A program made the translations under genes and the position numbers. From an uncultured Chloroflexota bacterium (GTDB taxonomy: Bacteria > Chloroflexota > Limnocylindria > Limnocylindrales > CSP1-4): DNA of 64,000 nt. The stretch is from assembly GCA_903822495.1 (NCBI GenBank), contig CAIJPD010000006.1, positions 25,790 to 89,789 on the forward strand. The letters run 5' to 3'. Below the pieces are notes generated by a model that worked only from the letters and a program-made list of their open reading frames with translations, was not told the DNA's origin and made no database searches. This document shows, piece after piece, positions 1 through 9,948 of this stretch (positions are counted from its first letter, which is position 1; every line of letters starts with the position of its first letter).

Positions 1-166
1 CCCCAGCTTGGGCCCGGGTGACCGGGCGACGAGCAGAAGATAGCGAGTCGGCCGCGACCGGCGGGGCGGCACCAACACCGGCTCCCGGCGACCCGGTTCC
101 GGCGATCCGGGCTGATGCCGTGCCCGCCGGCGACGGATCGCTGACGGTTGGAGTGTGCGTTTTCGA

Positions 167-196
167 TTGACGCTCGGCCGTGGGCGCTGCTAGGGT
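167..196 (+). promoter_or_regulatory. candidate sigmaA-type promoter TTGACG-18nt-TAGGGT upstream of the ABC substrate-binding gene
   Basis: Hexamers read directly at 167-172 and 191-196 with an 18-nt spacer. A GGGGGAGG RBS follows at 268-276, then GTG at 282. Confidence 0.3.
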
Positions 197-281
197 GCAG
201 CCGTGTGATGCCGCAGGCCGTCGGTCGCTGGGTGCGATCGCGTCGCCGCAGCCACTCGGTCCGAGTAGGGGGAGGTCCGCC

Positions 282-1415
282 GTGATTCGAGCCACGTGGC
301 GCAAGCTCATGCCCGTCGGCATCGTTGCCGCCATGATCGCTTCGGCCTGCAGCGCGGCTGCCACGCCGCAGCCAACCGCGGCGCCCACGGCGGCGTCCTC
401 CGTCGCTCCCGCGACGTCGGCCCCGCCCGCCAAGCCCACCAACCTGGCGGAGTACGCCGCCTACCAGGGATCGGACCGGACGGCGATCCTCGAGGCCTGC
501 GCCACCAAGGAGGGCCAGGTGTTCTGGTCGTCCGAGCTGGCCGGCGGCGTCATCACCGCCATGAAGACGGCGTTCCAGAAGAAGTACCCCGGCATCGCGG
601 TCAGCGAGCAGTCGGTGGCCGGCTCCGACTTCGTGCCTCGCATGGTCCAGGAGCGCCAGGCCAAGAAGTACACCGTCGATGCGTTCGAGATGAGCTCCGA
701 CAGCCAGCTGTTGATCGCGACCCTGGACATGCGTCAGCCCTACTGGTCGCCGGCCCTCGCCAACTACCAGGACGACGCCAAGGAAGTGGCCACCGGCGGC
801 CTCGTCTACCAGGTCGTCGACCGGTACTCGCTGATGGGCTTTGGCTACAACACCAAGCTGCTGCCCGCCTCGGCGGTCCCGACGACCTACGCCGACCTGC
901 TCAAGCCCGAGCTCAAGGGCAAGATGGTCATGTCGGGCAGCGGGTCGTCCGGCGCCCAGCTCTTCGGCGTCCTGGTCACCACGCAGGGCGCGGACTTCGC
1001 GACCAAGCTCAAGGCGCAGAACTACACGATCCAGCAGGTCTCGGGCCGCGGGCTCCTCGACCTCATCACCGCCGGCGAGGTGGCCGGTTCCCCGACCATC
1101 TACCAGAGCCACGTCAAGACGGATGCGGCCAAGGGCGCGCCCGTCGCGTGGGTCCCGCTCAGCCCGGTCAGCGCGAACGCGGGCGGCTCGTCGGTCGCCA
1201 AGGACGCCCCGCATCCGTGCGCGGCCGTCCTGTTGACGGACTTCATCCTCGGCGCGGATGGGCGGACCGTCCTCGACAGCTTCTTCTACGCCAACCCGGG
1301 AGCCAAGTTCGACTACAAGCTGTCCGTCCCAGGAGCCGGCATGACTGCCGACGCCTACAACACCAAGATCAAGGAATGGGACGCCCTGATGCGGGCGAAC
1401 GCCACCGCCAAGTAA
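282..1415 (+). CDS. ABC transporter periplasmic substrate-binding lipoprotein (Fe3+/polyamine SBP family 1 type)
   Basis: GTG start 5 nt after the AGTAGGGGGAGG RBS. Lipoprotein signal MPVGIVAAMIASAC. SBP_bac_1-like sequence. The ORF-track frame 180..1415 was trimmed to the RBS-supported start. Confidence 0.8.
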   Translation: MIRATWRKLMPVGIVAAMIASACSAAATPQPTAAPTAASSVAPATSAPPAKPTNLAEYAAYQGSDRTAILEACATKEGQVFWSSELAGGVITAMKTAFQKKYPGIAVSEQSVAGSDFVPRMVQERQAKKYTVDAFEMSSDSQLLIATLDMRQPYWSPALANYQDDAKEVATGGLVYQVVDRYSLMGFGYNTKLLPASAVPTTYADLLKPELKGKMVMSGSGSSGAQLFGVLVTTQGADFATKLKAQNYTIQQVSGRGLLDLITAGEVAGSPTIYQSHVKTDAAKGAPVAWVPLSPVSANAGGSSVAKDAPHPCAAVLLTDFILGADGRTVLDSFFYANPGAKFDYKLSVPGAGMTADAYNTKIKEWDALMRANATAK

Positions 1416-1454
1416 CGACCCAACCCTCGGGCGCCGGCGCGCCCGGGTGTACGC

Positions 1455-1493
1455 AGGAGGGGAGCCTGGCCGGATGTGCCCGGCTCCCCTCAT
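1455..1493 (+). terminator. GC-rich stem-loop (GGGGAGCC...GGCTCCCC) after the SBP gene; candidate intra-operon attenuator/terminator
   Basis: Inverted repeat read directly. No U-tract. Typical SBP-gene 3' hairpin giving an SBP excess over permease. Confidence 0.3.
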
Positions 1494-1550
1494 TCACATC
1501 AGCGCGCCTGGCGCCGCTCCACTTCCGGACCTTCAGCCTGAACGGACGAG

Positions 1551-3302
1551 GTGTCACCGGTGACGAACCCTGGACAGGCTGCCCCGGCCGGGCGGCTGGG
1601 CATGGCGCGACGTCTGCCGCGCCCCAGGCTTGAGGTCGCACTCTTCGTCGTCCTGCTGGCCGCGCTCGCCTGGCTGGTCCTGCCGCCGCTCCTCGTGCTG
1701 ATCGATACCAGCCTGCACGGGAGTGCCGGCAAGCAGACCGGCTACACGCTCGACAACTACGACGTCGTCCTCCGCTCCCTGGCGGGCGGACCCGAGCTGC
1801 TCGTCAACTCCCTGGTCTTCGCGTTTGGCGGCGCGATCGTGGCCGTCATCCTGGGAACCACCATGGCCTGGCTGGCTGAGCGGACCAATGCACCGTTCGC
1901 CAACGTGGCGTACCTCGCGGCGTTCTTCTCGTTCGCCGTGCCGGGAATCATCAAGATCATCGCCTGGATCTTCCTGCTGGGCCCCAACGCCGGCTTCCTC
2001 AACGTCTGGGCGATGAAGCTCTTCGGTCTTGAGTCCGCCCCATTCAGCATCTTCTCGATGGGCGGCATGATCATGCTCGACGGCATCTCATGGGCGCCCG
2101 TGGTGTTCCTGCTCATGACCTCGCCGTTCAGGGCCATGGACCCCGCGCTCGAGGAATCGGCGGCGATGTCCGGCGCGAGCTCCTGGTGGGTCTTCTCGCG
2201 GATCACGTTCCGCCTCGCCGCCCCCACCGTCGCGGCCGTCCTGCTGCTCACGCTCGTCCGGTCGCTCCAGGCGTTTGACATCGCGGCCCTCATCGGGATC
2301 CCGGCGGGCGTGCAGGTCTTCACCACCACGATCTTCCTCGAGATCACCCAGGGATTCTTCCCGTCGTACGGCAACGCGGCCGCCTACTCCGTCGTCCTGG
2401 TGGCGATCGTCGGCCTTGCCCTGATCCCGTATTACCGGCTGTCACAACACGGCCAGAAGTACGCGACGATCACCGGCAAGGGCTTTCGCCCGAGGCGCAT
2501 CGATCTGGGGCGCTGGCGCATCCCCGCCGGAGCCGTGATGCTCCTGCTGCCCAGCTTCCTGCTGCTTCCCGTCCTGGTCATCATCTGGGCCTCGCTGCTC
2601 CCCTACATCCAGCCGCCCTCCCTGGAGGCACTGCGCTCGATCACGCTCGAGAACTTCCCGATCGCCTTCAGCAACAGCTCCATCGTGCGGTCGATCACGA
2701 ACACGCTGATCGTCAGCTCCAGCGCGGCGTCCGCGGTCGTGATCCTCACCCTCGTGGCAGCCTGGGTGATCCTGCGGACGCGCTTCCGCGGGCGATGGAT
2801 CATCGACCTGCTGGCCACGCTGCCCCTGGTGTTCCCGGGAATCGTGCTTGGGCTGGCCGTGCTGCAGATCTACCTCACGGTCCCGATCCCGATCTACGGC
2901 ACCATCTGGATCATCGCGGTCGCCTTCGTGGCGAAGTTCCTGCCGTATGGGATGCGCTACAACCACGCCGGCCTCCTCTCGATCCACCGGGAGCTGGAGG
3001 AGAGCGCGCAGATGTCGGGTGCGTCGTTCCTGATGATCGCCCGCCTGATCATCGCGCCCCTGATGGTTCCCGCGATCGTGGCGTCGTGGATCTACGTCTT
3101 CCTCGTCACCTCGCATGAGCTCTCGGAGGCCCTGCTCCTGTCGAGCCCCGGTAACGAGATCCTCTCGATCACCATCTGGGACCTGTGGCTCAACGGCCAG
3201 CTCGGGAGCCTGATGGCCTTCAGCGTCGTCATCACGTTCGCGCTGGTGCTGCTGGCGTTCGTGCTGCTGCGGTTCTCCCGCTCCCAGGGCCAGACGATCT
3301 GA
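1551..3302 (+). CDS. ABC transporter permease, fused double transmembrane domain (FbpB/ThiP-like, 2x BPD_transp_1)
   Basis: 583 aa with about 12 hydrophobic helices in a duplicated permease architecture. The start may instead be Met-17 (1599). Confidence 0.8.
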   Translation: MSPVTNPGQAAPAGRLGMARRLPRPRLEVALFVVLLAALAWLVLPPLLVLIDTSLHGSAGKQTGYTLDNYDVVLRSLAGGPELLVNSLVFAFGGAIVAVILGTTMAWLAERTNAPFANVAYLAAFFSFAVPGIIKIIAWIFLLGPNAGFLNVWAMKLFGLESAPFSIFSMGGMIMLDGISWAPVVFLLMTSPFRAMDPALEESAAMSGASSWWVFSRITFRLAAPTVAAVLLLTLVRSLQAFDIAALIGIPAGVQVFTTTIFLEITQGFFPSYGNAAAYSVVLVAIVGLALIPYYRLSQHGQKYATITGKGFRPRRIDLGRWRIPAGAVMLLLPSFLLLPVLVIIWASLLPYIQPPSLEALRSITLENFPIAFSNSSIVRSITNTLIVSSSAASAVVILTLVAAWVILRTRFRGRWIIDLLATLPLVFPGIVLGLAVLQIYLTVPIPIYGTIWIIAVAFVAKFLPYGMRYNHAGLLSIHRELEESAQMSGASFLMIARLIIAPLMVPAIVASWIYVFLVTSHELSEALLLSSPGNEILSITIWDLWLNGQLGSLMAFSVVITFALVLLAFVLLRFSRSQGQTI

Positions 3303-3345
3303 CCGGCGTGACCATCCGACCCGCGTTCTCTCAAAGGGGGGCTTC

Positions 3346-4437
3346 GTGAAGATCGACCGGGTTGACGTGCAGGCGGTCGTGCAGCCATACCAGGACAAGT
3401 CCTGGCAGTTCGCCCTGGCCAGCCGCAAGGAGACCCACGGGCTGATCATCCGGCTGCGGACGGACGACGGCCCCGACGGGATCGCCTATGCGACCGCTGC
3501 GCTCCACGTGGGCGAGGTCCTGGGTGGGATGCGCCAGCTCGTGGACGAGGTCTTCACGCCGATCCTGGTGGGCGGCGACCCGTTCGACATCGAGGCCCTG
3601 ATGGGCCGCATCGACGCGGCCGTGCTGGGCTACCCCAAGACCAAGGCCGCGATCGAGGTCGCCCTCTTCGACGCCGTCGGGAAGGCCCTGGGCGTGCCGC
3701 TCTACAAGCTCTGGGGCGGGCTGTACCGCGCGTCCATCCCCGTGATCCGGATCATCCCCATCAAGGAGCCGGCGGACATGGCGCGGAACGCCGAGCGGGT
3801 GGTGGCGGAGGGCTACCGCTACCTGAAGATCAAGGTGGGCCACGACGCCCGAAAGGACGTGGAGCGAGTTCGCGAGATCCGCCGCGCGGTGGGCCCGGAC
3901 ATCGGCCTCACGCTGGATGCCAACCAGGGTTGGGGGACACCCAAGCTGGCGATCGACGCCCTGCGCCGCATGGAGGAGTTTGACGTCGCGCTCATCGAGC
4001 AGCCCGTGCGGGCGGACGACTTCCAGGGGCTGGCGACGGTCAAGGCCGGCGTCTCGACCATCGTCGAGGCGGACGAGAGCGCCGGGTCGGTCGTGGACAT
4101 CTACCAGCTCGCCCGTGGCGGGTTCGTGGATGCGGTCAGCCTGAAGACGCCCAAGCTTGGCGGACCGCGCAACGTCAAGAAGGCCGCTGCGATCTGCCAG
4201 GCCGCCAACCTGCGCTGCCGGATGGGGATGGGCGGGGCGAACCGGCTGATCTCGGCCGTGGACATGCATCTCATCGCCTCGACGCCGAACATCGACTACG
4301 CCTGCGAGGTGGGGGAGTTCAGCCGGATGGATTCGGATCCGACGACCGGGGTCGAGATTGTCGACGGCATGCTGTGGGTGCCGCACCTCCCGGGGCACGG
4401 CGCATCGATCGCGCCCGACGTGGCCTTCGGCGCATGA
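3346..4437 (+). CDS. enolase-superfamily enzyme, mandelate racemase / muconate-lactonizing (MR/MLE) family, paralogue A
   Basis: KIKVG (KxK), DANQGW, EQP and DES metal-ligand motifs. GTG start 5 nt after the AAAGGGGGG RBS. About 65% identical to the gene at 6705-7784. Confidence 0.85.
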   Translation: MKIDRVDVQAVVQPYQDKSWQFALASRKETHGLIIRLRTDDGPDGIAYATAALHVGEVLGGMRQLVDEVFTPILVGGDPFDIEALMGRIDAAVLGYPKTKAAIEVALFDAVGKALGVPLYKLWGGLYRASIPVIRIIPIKEPADMARNAERVVAEGYRYLKIKVGHDARKDVERVREIRRAVGPDIGLTLDANQGWGTPKLAIDALRRMEEFDVALIEQPVRADDFQGLATVKAGVSTIVEADESAGSVVDIYQLARGGFVDAVSLKTPKLGGPRNVKKAAAICQAANLRCRMGMGGANRLISAVDMHLIASTPNIDYACEVGEFSRMDSDPTTGVEIVDGMLWVPHLPGHGASIAPDVAFGA

Positions 4438-4480
4438 GCAGTCGGACATGGCCAGGACAGGGCGCATCCCGGGAGGCGGC

Positions 4481-5623
4481 ATGAATACCACCCAATCCGA
4501 GCTGGTGGTGGAGGACCTGCACAAGTCATACACCGAGGGCGCCAGGGTCCTGGCGGTCAATGGGGTCTCGTTCCACGTGCCCGAGGGGGCCTTCTACACG
4601 CTACTGGGGCCCTCCGGTTGCGGCAAGACCACCACGCTCCGCTGCGTCGCGGGCCTGGAGCGCCACGAGACCGGGACGATCACGGTGGGCGGGGTCGTGG
4701 TGTCTGCCGGCCGACCTGCCACGTTCACCCCGCCCAACAAGCGCGACATCGGGATGGTCTTCCAGAGCTACGCCATCTGGCCGCACATGACCGTCTTTGG
4801 GAACGTCTCCTTCCCGCTGCGCGCCGGCAAGGAGCGGTTCTCCCAGGCCGAGCTGGCCCGGCGCGTCGGTGAGGCCCTCGAGACGGTCCAGTTGGGCGGC
4901 TACGAGAAGCGGATGGCTACCCAGCTGTCCGGCGGGCAGCAGCAGCGCCTCGCCCTGGCGCGCGCCATCATCCGGCGGCCCCGACTGCTGCTCCTCGACG
5001 AGCCCCTGTCCAACCTGGATGCCAGGCTGCGCGAGCAGATGCGGACGGAGCTGCGCGACCTCCAGCGGCGCCTGGGGATCACCACGCTGTATGTCACGCA
5101 TGACCAGTCGGAGGCCCTCAGCATGTCCGACACGATCGCCGTGATGTCGCGCGGGAAGATCGTGCAGGAAGGCCCCCCGCAGGAGATCTACCAGCGGCCC
5201 GCCACGCGGTTCGTGGCCCAGTTTGTCGGGACCACCAACTTCCTCGCCGGCGAGGTCCTGGGGCCGGGCGGCGACGGACGGACGCGGCTCGAGACGCCGG
5301 CCGGCCAGATCGAGGCGATCTGTCCGCCCGGGGCGACGGCCAGTGGCCGCGTCACCCTGTCCATCAGGCCCGAGAACGTCCAGATCGCCCCGGCCGGCTC
5401 CTTCGCGCTCAACACGGTCCAGGGGACGGTCGAGCAGGTCGCCTTCCTGGGCGAGTTCCTCGACGTCCGGGTCAGGCTGGGCAAGGCCACCATCCTGGTG
5501 CGGGCCCATCCCACGACCCGCGTGCGGCCCGGCGACCGCATCGGGCTCCATCTGCCCGTGGAGGCCTGCGCGGTGCTCGAGGGCGAAGATCCAGCCGAGT
5601 CGGGGACGGTCGGAGGTGTGTGA
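4481..5623 (+). CDS. ABC transporter ATP-binding protein (PotA/FbpC-like, with C-terminal TOBE/MOP-like domain)
   Basis: Walker A GPSGCGKTT, signature LSGGQQQR, Walker B LLLDEP. Start ATG at 4481 after GGGAGG; the upstream in-frame extension from 4358 has no coding signal. Confidence 0.85.
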   Translation: MNTTQSELVVEDLHKSYTEGARVLAVNGVSFHVPEGAFYTLLGPSGCGKTTTLRCVAGLERHETGTITVGGVVVSAGRPATFTPPNKRDIGMVFQSYAIWPHMTVFGNVSFPLRAGKERFSQAELARRVGEALETVQLGGYEKRMATQLSGGQQQRLALARAIIRRPRLLLLDEPLSNLDARLREQMRTELRDLQRRLGITTLYVTHDQSEALSMSDTIAVMSRGKIVQEGPPQEIYQRPATRFVAQFVGTTNFLAGEVLGPGGDGRTRLETPAGQIEAICPPGATASGRVTLSIRPENVQIAPAGSFALNTVQGTVEQVAFLGEFLDVRVRLGKATILVRAHPTTRVRPGDRIGLHLPVEACAVLEGEDPAESGTVGGV

Positions 5624-6696
5624 TCAGGATTCGTGACCTGCGGACCGTCACGGTCGAGGTGCCGGGCCAGGATGAGCTGGTCAAGGGGGACACCAGCTCG
5701 GTGGGTTGCCTCCTGGTCTTCCTCGACACGGACGAGGGCATCACCGGCGAGAGCCTGCTCTTCGCGTTCGACCCCCGCCACCTGGCCGTCCTCGAGCAGA
5801 TGGTGCTGGTCCTCAAGGCGGACGTGATCGGCGAGGATCCCGACTACACGGAGCGCATCTGGGAGAAGCTCTGGGCAAGGTCGCGGTTCTTTGGCCACGA
5901 GGGCGTGTCGATCTTCGCGATCTCCGCCCTGGATCGCGCGTGCTGGGACATCGTTCGCCAGGCGGCGGGCAAGCCCCTCTACCGGATCCTGGGTGCCTGC
6001 CGGGACGACGTTCCGGCCTACGCCAGCGGCCTCTGGCTGACCCAGACGCCCGACCAGCTGGTGGCCGACGCCCGGCGGTTCCTGGCCGCCGGCTTCCGCG
6101 CCATCAAGATGCGGGTCGGCAAGCCGCGGATCCAGGACGACGTCGAGCGGGTACGGATCGTGCGCGAGGCGATCGGCCCGGAGATCGCCCTCATGGTCGA
6201 CGCCAACAAGCGCTTCACGGTCGATCATGCGATCCGCCTTGGCCGGCGACTCGAGGCGTTCGATCTGGCCTGGTTCGAGGAGCCCGTGCCCGCCCACGAT
6301 CTGGCGGGCTCAGCGAAGGTCGCGGCCGCGCTGGACACCCCGATCGCCAGCGGTGAGAGCGAGTTCACGCGCTACGGGTTCCGCGCGATGCTGGAGCTGC
6401 AGGCGGCCGACATCCTCATGCCGGACTTCGCCCGGGTGGGCGGCCTGACGGAGATGATGAAGGTCGCCGCCATGGCGGCCGCGTTCGATGTCCCGGTCAC
6501 GCCCCACAACTACCCGCAGGAGAGCATCCAGGTGCTGGGCAGCATCCCCAACGGGACCTGGCTGGAATGCCTCCCGTGGTTCTCGCCGCTGTACAGCGAG
6601 CCGATCGAGGTGGTCAACGGCCGGGTCGCCATCCCGCAGGCGCCGGGCGGCTTTCGGCTGGATCCGGCCGCGATCGAACGCCTGCGCATCCGGTAG
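5620..6696 (+). CDS. enolase-superfamily enzyme, MR/MLE family, paralogue B (distinct subgroup)
   Basis: IKMRVGK, DANKRFT, FEEP motifs. GTG start overlaps the ATPase stop (GTGA) and is preceded by GGAGG. Confidence 0.85.
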   Translation: MIRIRDLRTVTVEVPGQDELVKGDTSSVGCLLVFLDTDEGITGESLLFAFDPRHLAVLEQMVLVLKADVIGEDPDYTERIWEKLWARSRFFGHEGVSIFAISALDRACWDIVRQAAGKPLYRILGACRDDVPAYASGLWLTQTPDQLVADARRFLAAGFRAIKMRVGKPRIQDDVERVRIVREAIGPEIALMVDANKRFTVDHAIRLGRRLEAFDLAWFEEPVPAHDLAGSAKVAAALDTPIASGESEFTRYGFRAMLELQAADILMPDFARVGGLTEMMKVAAMAAAFDVPVTPHNYPQESIQVLGSIPNGTWLECLPWFSPLYSEPIEVVNGRVAIPQAPGGFRLDPAAIERLRIR

Positions 6697-6704
6697 GCGA
6701 GCGG

Positions 6705-7784
6705 TCAGCCGAAGCCGGCTCGCAGGGTCACTCCGATGCCGGCGAGCTCCGGTACCGTGAGCTCGCCGTTGACGATCTCGAGCCCTTCCGCCGGGTCCGT
6801 CTCCATGCGGGTGAACTCCGCCAGCTCGCAGGCGTAGTCGATGTTGGGCGTCGAGGCGATGATGTGCATGTCGGCGGCCGCATTGAAGCGCGACGCGCCC
6901 GCCATCCCCACCCTGCAGCGCAGGTTGGCCGCCTGGCAGAGCGCCGCCGCCTTCTTGGTGGCCAGCAGCCCGCCGAGCTTCCCCGACTTCAGGCTGACCG
7001 CATCGACCACGCCCTCGCGGCCCAGGCGGAAGATGTCCGCGAGGGACCCGGCGCTCTCATCCGCTTCGACCAGGGCGCGCGTGCTCGCCTTCACCATGGC
7101 CAGCCCGAGGTAGTCGTCCGCCGCCACGGGCTGCTCGACGATGGCGACGTCGAACTCCTCCATCCGCCGGAGGGCCGTGATGGCGGCCTTGGGCGTCCAG
7201 CCCTGGTTGGCGTCGATGGTGAGTCCGATCCCACTGCCGACGGCCCGCCGGATCTCGCGGACGCGGTCCACGTCCAGAATCGGGTCCGTTCCCACCTTGA
7301 TCTTGAGGAACCGGAAGCCGTCCGCGACCACGGCCTCGGCATTGCGGGCCATGTCGGCCGGTGCCTTGATCGGCAGGATGCGGATCACCGGAATCGACGA
7401 TCGCACCTTGCCGCCCAGCAGCTTGTAGACCGGGACGCCCAGGGCCTTGCCCATGATGTCGAAGAGCGCCGTCTCCACGGCGGCCTTGGTCCGGGTGTAG
7501 CCGGGGAGCCGGGCGGTCAGCTCGGCGGCGATCCACTCGACATCAAACGGGTCGCGGCCCACCACGATCGGGGCCACGTGCTCCTCGACGACCTGGCGCA
7601 TGCCGTCGATGACTTCGCCGAGGTGCAGGCCCTGGACCGCGAACCCGAGGCCGGTCAACCCGTCGTCGGTCCGGATCTGGATCAGGAGGGCGCTGGTCTG
7701 GTCGAGCTGCCCGCGGGCAAACTTCCACTGTCGGTCCATGAGCGCCTGCACGACGAGCGTCACGGAGATTCCGGTGACCTTCAT
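6705..7784 (-). CDS. enolase-superfamily enzyme, MR/MLE family, paralogue A' (close paralogue of 3346-4437)
   Basis: Start at MKVTG. Same motif set (LKIKVG, DANQGW, EQP). Oriented convergently toward the + operon. Confidence 0.85.
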   Translation of the reverse strand: MKVTGISVTLVVQALMDRQWKFARGQLDQTSALLIQIRTDDGLTGLGFAVQGLHLGEVIDGMRQVVEEHVAPIVVGRDPFDVEWIAAELTARLPGYTRTKAAVETALFDIMGKALGVPVYKLLGGKVRSSIPVIRILPIKAPADMARNAEAVVADGFRFLKIKVGTDPILDVDRVREIRRAVGSGIGLTIDANQGWTPKAAITALRRMEEFDVAIVEQPVAADDYLGLAMVKASTRALVEADESAGSLADIFRLGREGVVDAVSLKSGKLGGLLATKKAAALCQAANLRCRVGMAGASRFNAAADMHIIASTPNIDYACELAEFTRMETDPAEGLEIVNGELTVPELAGIGVTLRAGFG

Positions 7785-7869
7785 GCGATCAGCATGGCAC
7801 ACGTCGGGCCCGTCGCGCGTGGTGCGCATCCCCGGCACCGGCCGCCGGTACGACCCGTAGAATCCCCCG

Positions 7870-9948
7870 ATGTCTCGCTATCGGCTCACCATCGACACCG
7901 GCGGCACGTTCAGCGACCTGGTGCTGCACGACGGCGCCACGGGCGCGCTCCGCGTCCTCAAGGTTCCGTCCACGCCCGACGACCCGTCACGAGCGGTCCG
8001 CGAGGGCATCGAGATGCTCGCTGCCGATGGAGTGGACCCGGCCCAGATCGGGTTCTTCTTCCACGGCACCACCGTGGCGACCAACGCGCTGCTGATGGAG
8101 CGCGGCGCGCGCGTGGGGCTGGCGGTGACCGAGGGCTTCCGCGGGATCGCAGAGGCCATGGAGCAGAGCCGGCCGTTTGGCCGGACCATCTTTGACCTCG
8201 GCTTCACCAAGCCGCCGCTGCTGGCACCCGAGAGCCGGACCGCCGAGATCGGCGAGCGGGTGGGGGCCAGGGGCCAGGTGCTCCGCGAGCTGGACCTCGC
8301 CAGCATCGACGCCGCCATCGCGCGGTTTGAGGCCGAGCAGGTGGAGGCGGTCGCCATCTGCTTCCTCTTCTCGTTCATGAACGGCGACCACGAGCAGGTG
8401 GTCCGCGACCGGCTCCGCGCGGCGCATCCCGAGTGGTGGGTCTCCGCGTCGAGCGACCTGCTGCCCCAGATCCGCGAGTACTTCCGCCTCTCCACCACCG
8501 TCATCAACGCGTACGTCTCCCCGGTCCTGGGCCGCTACGTCAACCAGCTGGAGCGGATCCTCGACGAGCACGGCGTGGCACCCGGTCGACGCTTCACGAT
8601 GCAGTCCAACGGCGGCTCCACGCCCTTCGGGAGCACGTCGAAGACGGCCGTCGGCACCATCCTGTCCGGGCCGGCCGGGGGCGTCACCGCCAGCATCGCG
8701 CTGGCCGCCGCGGCGGGTGACGAGAGCATCATCACCTTCGACATGGGCGGCACCAGCTGCGACGTGGCGCTCATCCAGGGCGGCGTCCCGGCGATGACCA
8801 CGCACGGCAAGGTCGCGGGTCGGGACGTGGCGCTCCCCATGCTCGACATCAACACGGTCAGCGCCGGCGGCGGGACGCTGGCCACGGTGGACGCGCACGG
8901 TGCGCTCCACCTGGGGCCGGAGAGCGCGGGCGCGGTCCCCGGCCCGGTCTGCTACGGCCGCGGCGGGACGATCCCGTCCGTCACCGATGCCGACGTGGTC
9001 CTGGGCTACCTCAACCCGGTCGCGCTGCTGGGCGGGGCGCTGGCCATCGATGCGGCGGCCGCCGAGCGGTCGATCCGCGAGCGAGTCGCGGAGCCCCTGG
9101 GCGTGGATCTCTGGCGGGCGGCCACCGGGATCGTCCGGGTCGTCAACGTCACGATGGCCGAGGCGATCAAGGCCATCTCCACCAACCGCGGCCACGATGT
9201 GCGCGGGTTCACGCTGGTGCCGTTCGGCGGCGCCGGCCCGGTCCACGCCTGCCAGATCGCGGTGGACCTGGGCATCCGGACGGTCCTGGTGCCGCGGACC
9301 CCGGGCGTCTTCTCGGCGCAGGGCCTGATGCTCAGCACCGTCAAGCACGACCATGTCCGGAGCCGGCTGGAGCCGCTCCTGGGCCTGGCCGAGGCGGACG
9401 TCAACGCCCGCTTCCAGGCCCTCCTCGCCGAGGCCGACGCGGGCCTCGCCGACGACGGCTTCGTCCCCGCGGACCGCCAGCTCCGTCCGCTCCTCGAGCT
9501 CCGCTACGCCGGCCAGGGCTACGAGCTGGCCGTCCCGGTCACGCTGCCGCTTGGGCCGGGCGACCTCGACCGCTGCCGCGAGCGGTTCGACGACCTGCAC
9601 GCGCGCCAGCACGGCCATGCCGCGCCGGACCAGCCGGTCGAGGTGGTCAACTACCGCGTGGAGGCGATCGGCCTGGTCCCGCCGGTCACGGTCCCGGACC
9701 CGGCACCCGCGACCGAGCCCGTGGAGTCGGCGCTGGCCGGCCACCGGCCCGTGCTCTTCCCCTCGCTGGGCGACCGTCCCGTGGACGTGCCCGTCTACGA
9801 GCGCGCGCGGCTGCTGCCCGGGCACGCGTTTGCGGGTCCGGCCATCGTGGAGCAATACGACGCGACCACGGTGGTCTGCCCGGAGCAGGACGTCACGGTC
9901 GACGCGCGCGGCAACCTGGTCGTGACCCTGCGGGAGGTGCCGGCATGA
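7870..9948 (+). CDS. hyuA: hydantoinase/oxoprolinase family protein, A subunit (HyuA-like, ATP-dependent)
   Basis: 692 aa. N-terminal IDTGGTFSD and the hydantoinase_A fold. TAGAAT lies 7 nt upstream of the ATG, so the transcript may be leaderless. Confidence 0.85.
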   Translation: MSRYRLTIDTGGTFSDLVLHDGATGALRVLKVPSTPDDPSRAVREGIEMLAADGVDPAQIGFFFHGTTVATNALLMERGARVGLAVTEGFRGIAEAMEQSRPFGRTIFDLGFTKPPLLAPESRTAEIGERVGARGQVLRELDLASIDAAIARFEAEQVEAVAICFLFSFMNGDHEQVVRDRLRAAHPEWWVSASSDLLPQIREYFRLSTTVINAYVSPVLGRYVNQLERILDEHGVAPGRRFTMQSNGGSTPFGSTSKTAVGTILSGPAGGVTASIALAAAAGDESIITFDMGGTSCDVALIQGGVPAMTTHGKVAGRDVALPMLDINTVSAGGGTLATVDAHGALHLGPESAGAVPGPVCYGRGGTIPSVTDADVVLGYLNPVALLGGALAIDAAAAERSIRERVAEPLGVDLWRAATGIVRVVNVTMAEAIKAISTNRGHDVRGFTLVPFGGAGPVHACQIAVDLGIRTVLVPRTPGVFSAQGLMLSTVKHDHVRSRLEPLLGLAEADVNARFQALLAEADAGLADDGFVPADRQLRPLLELRYAGQGYELAVPVTLPLGPGDLDRCRERFDDLHARQHGHAAPDQPVEVVNYRVEAIGLVPPVTVPDPAPATEPVESALAGHRPVLFPSLGDRPVDVPVYERARLLPGHAFAGPAIVEQYDATTVVCPEQDVTVDARGNLVVTLREVPA

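Noticed and set aside
7987-9855. 622-aa antisense ORF opposite hyuA (similar cases: 9795-11180, 16190-17740, 17737-18969, 24679-26364, 29012-30718, 30042-31799, 33431-34870, 38279-40021, 42459-44453, 44551-45936, 46466-48157, 51769-53046, 54143-55498, 55387-57048, 58222-59967)
   Set aside because: Arg/Gly/Pro/Asp-rich low-complexity translations lying antisense to genes with clear homology. These are typical stop-codon-poor shadows in ~70% GC DNA.
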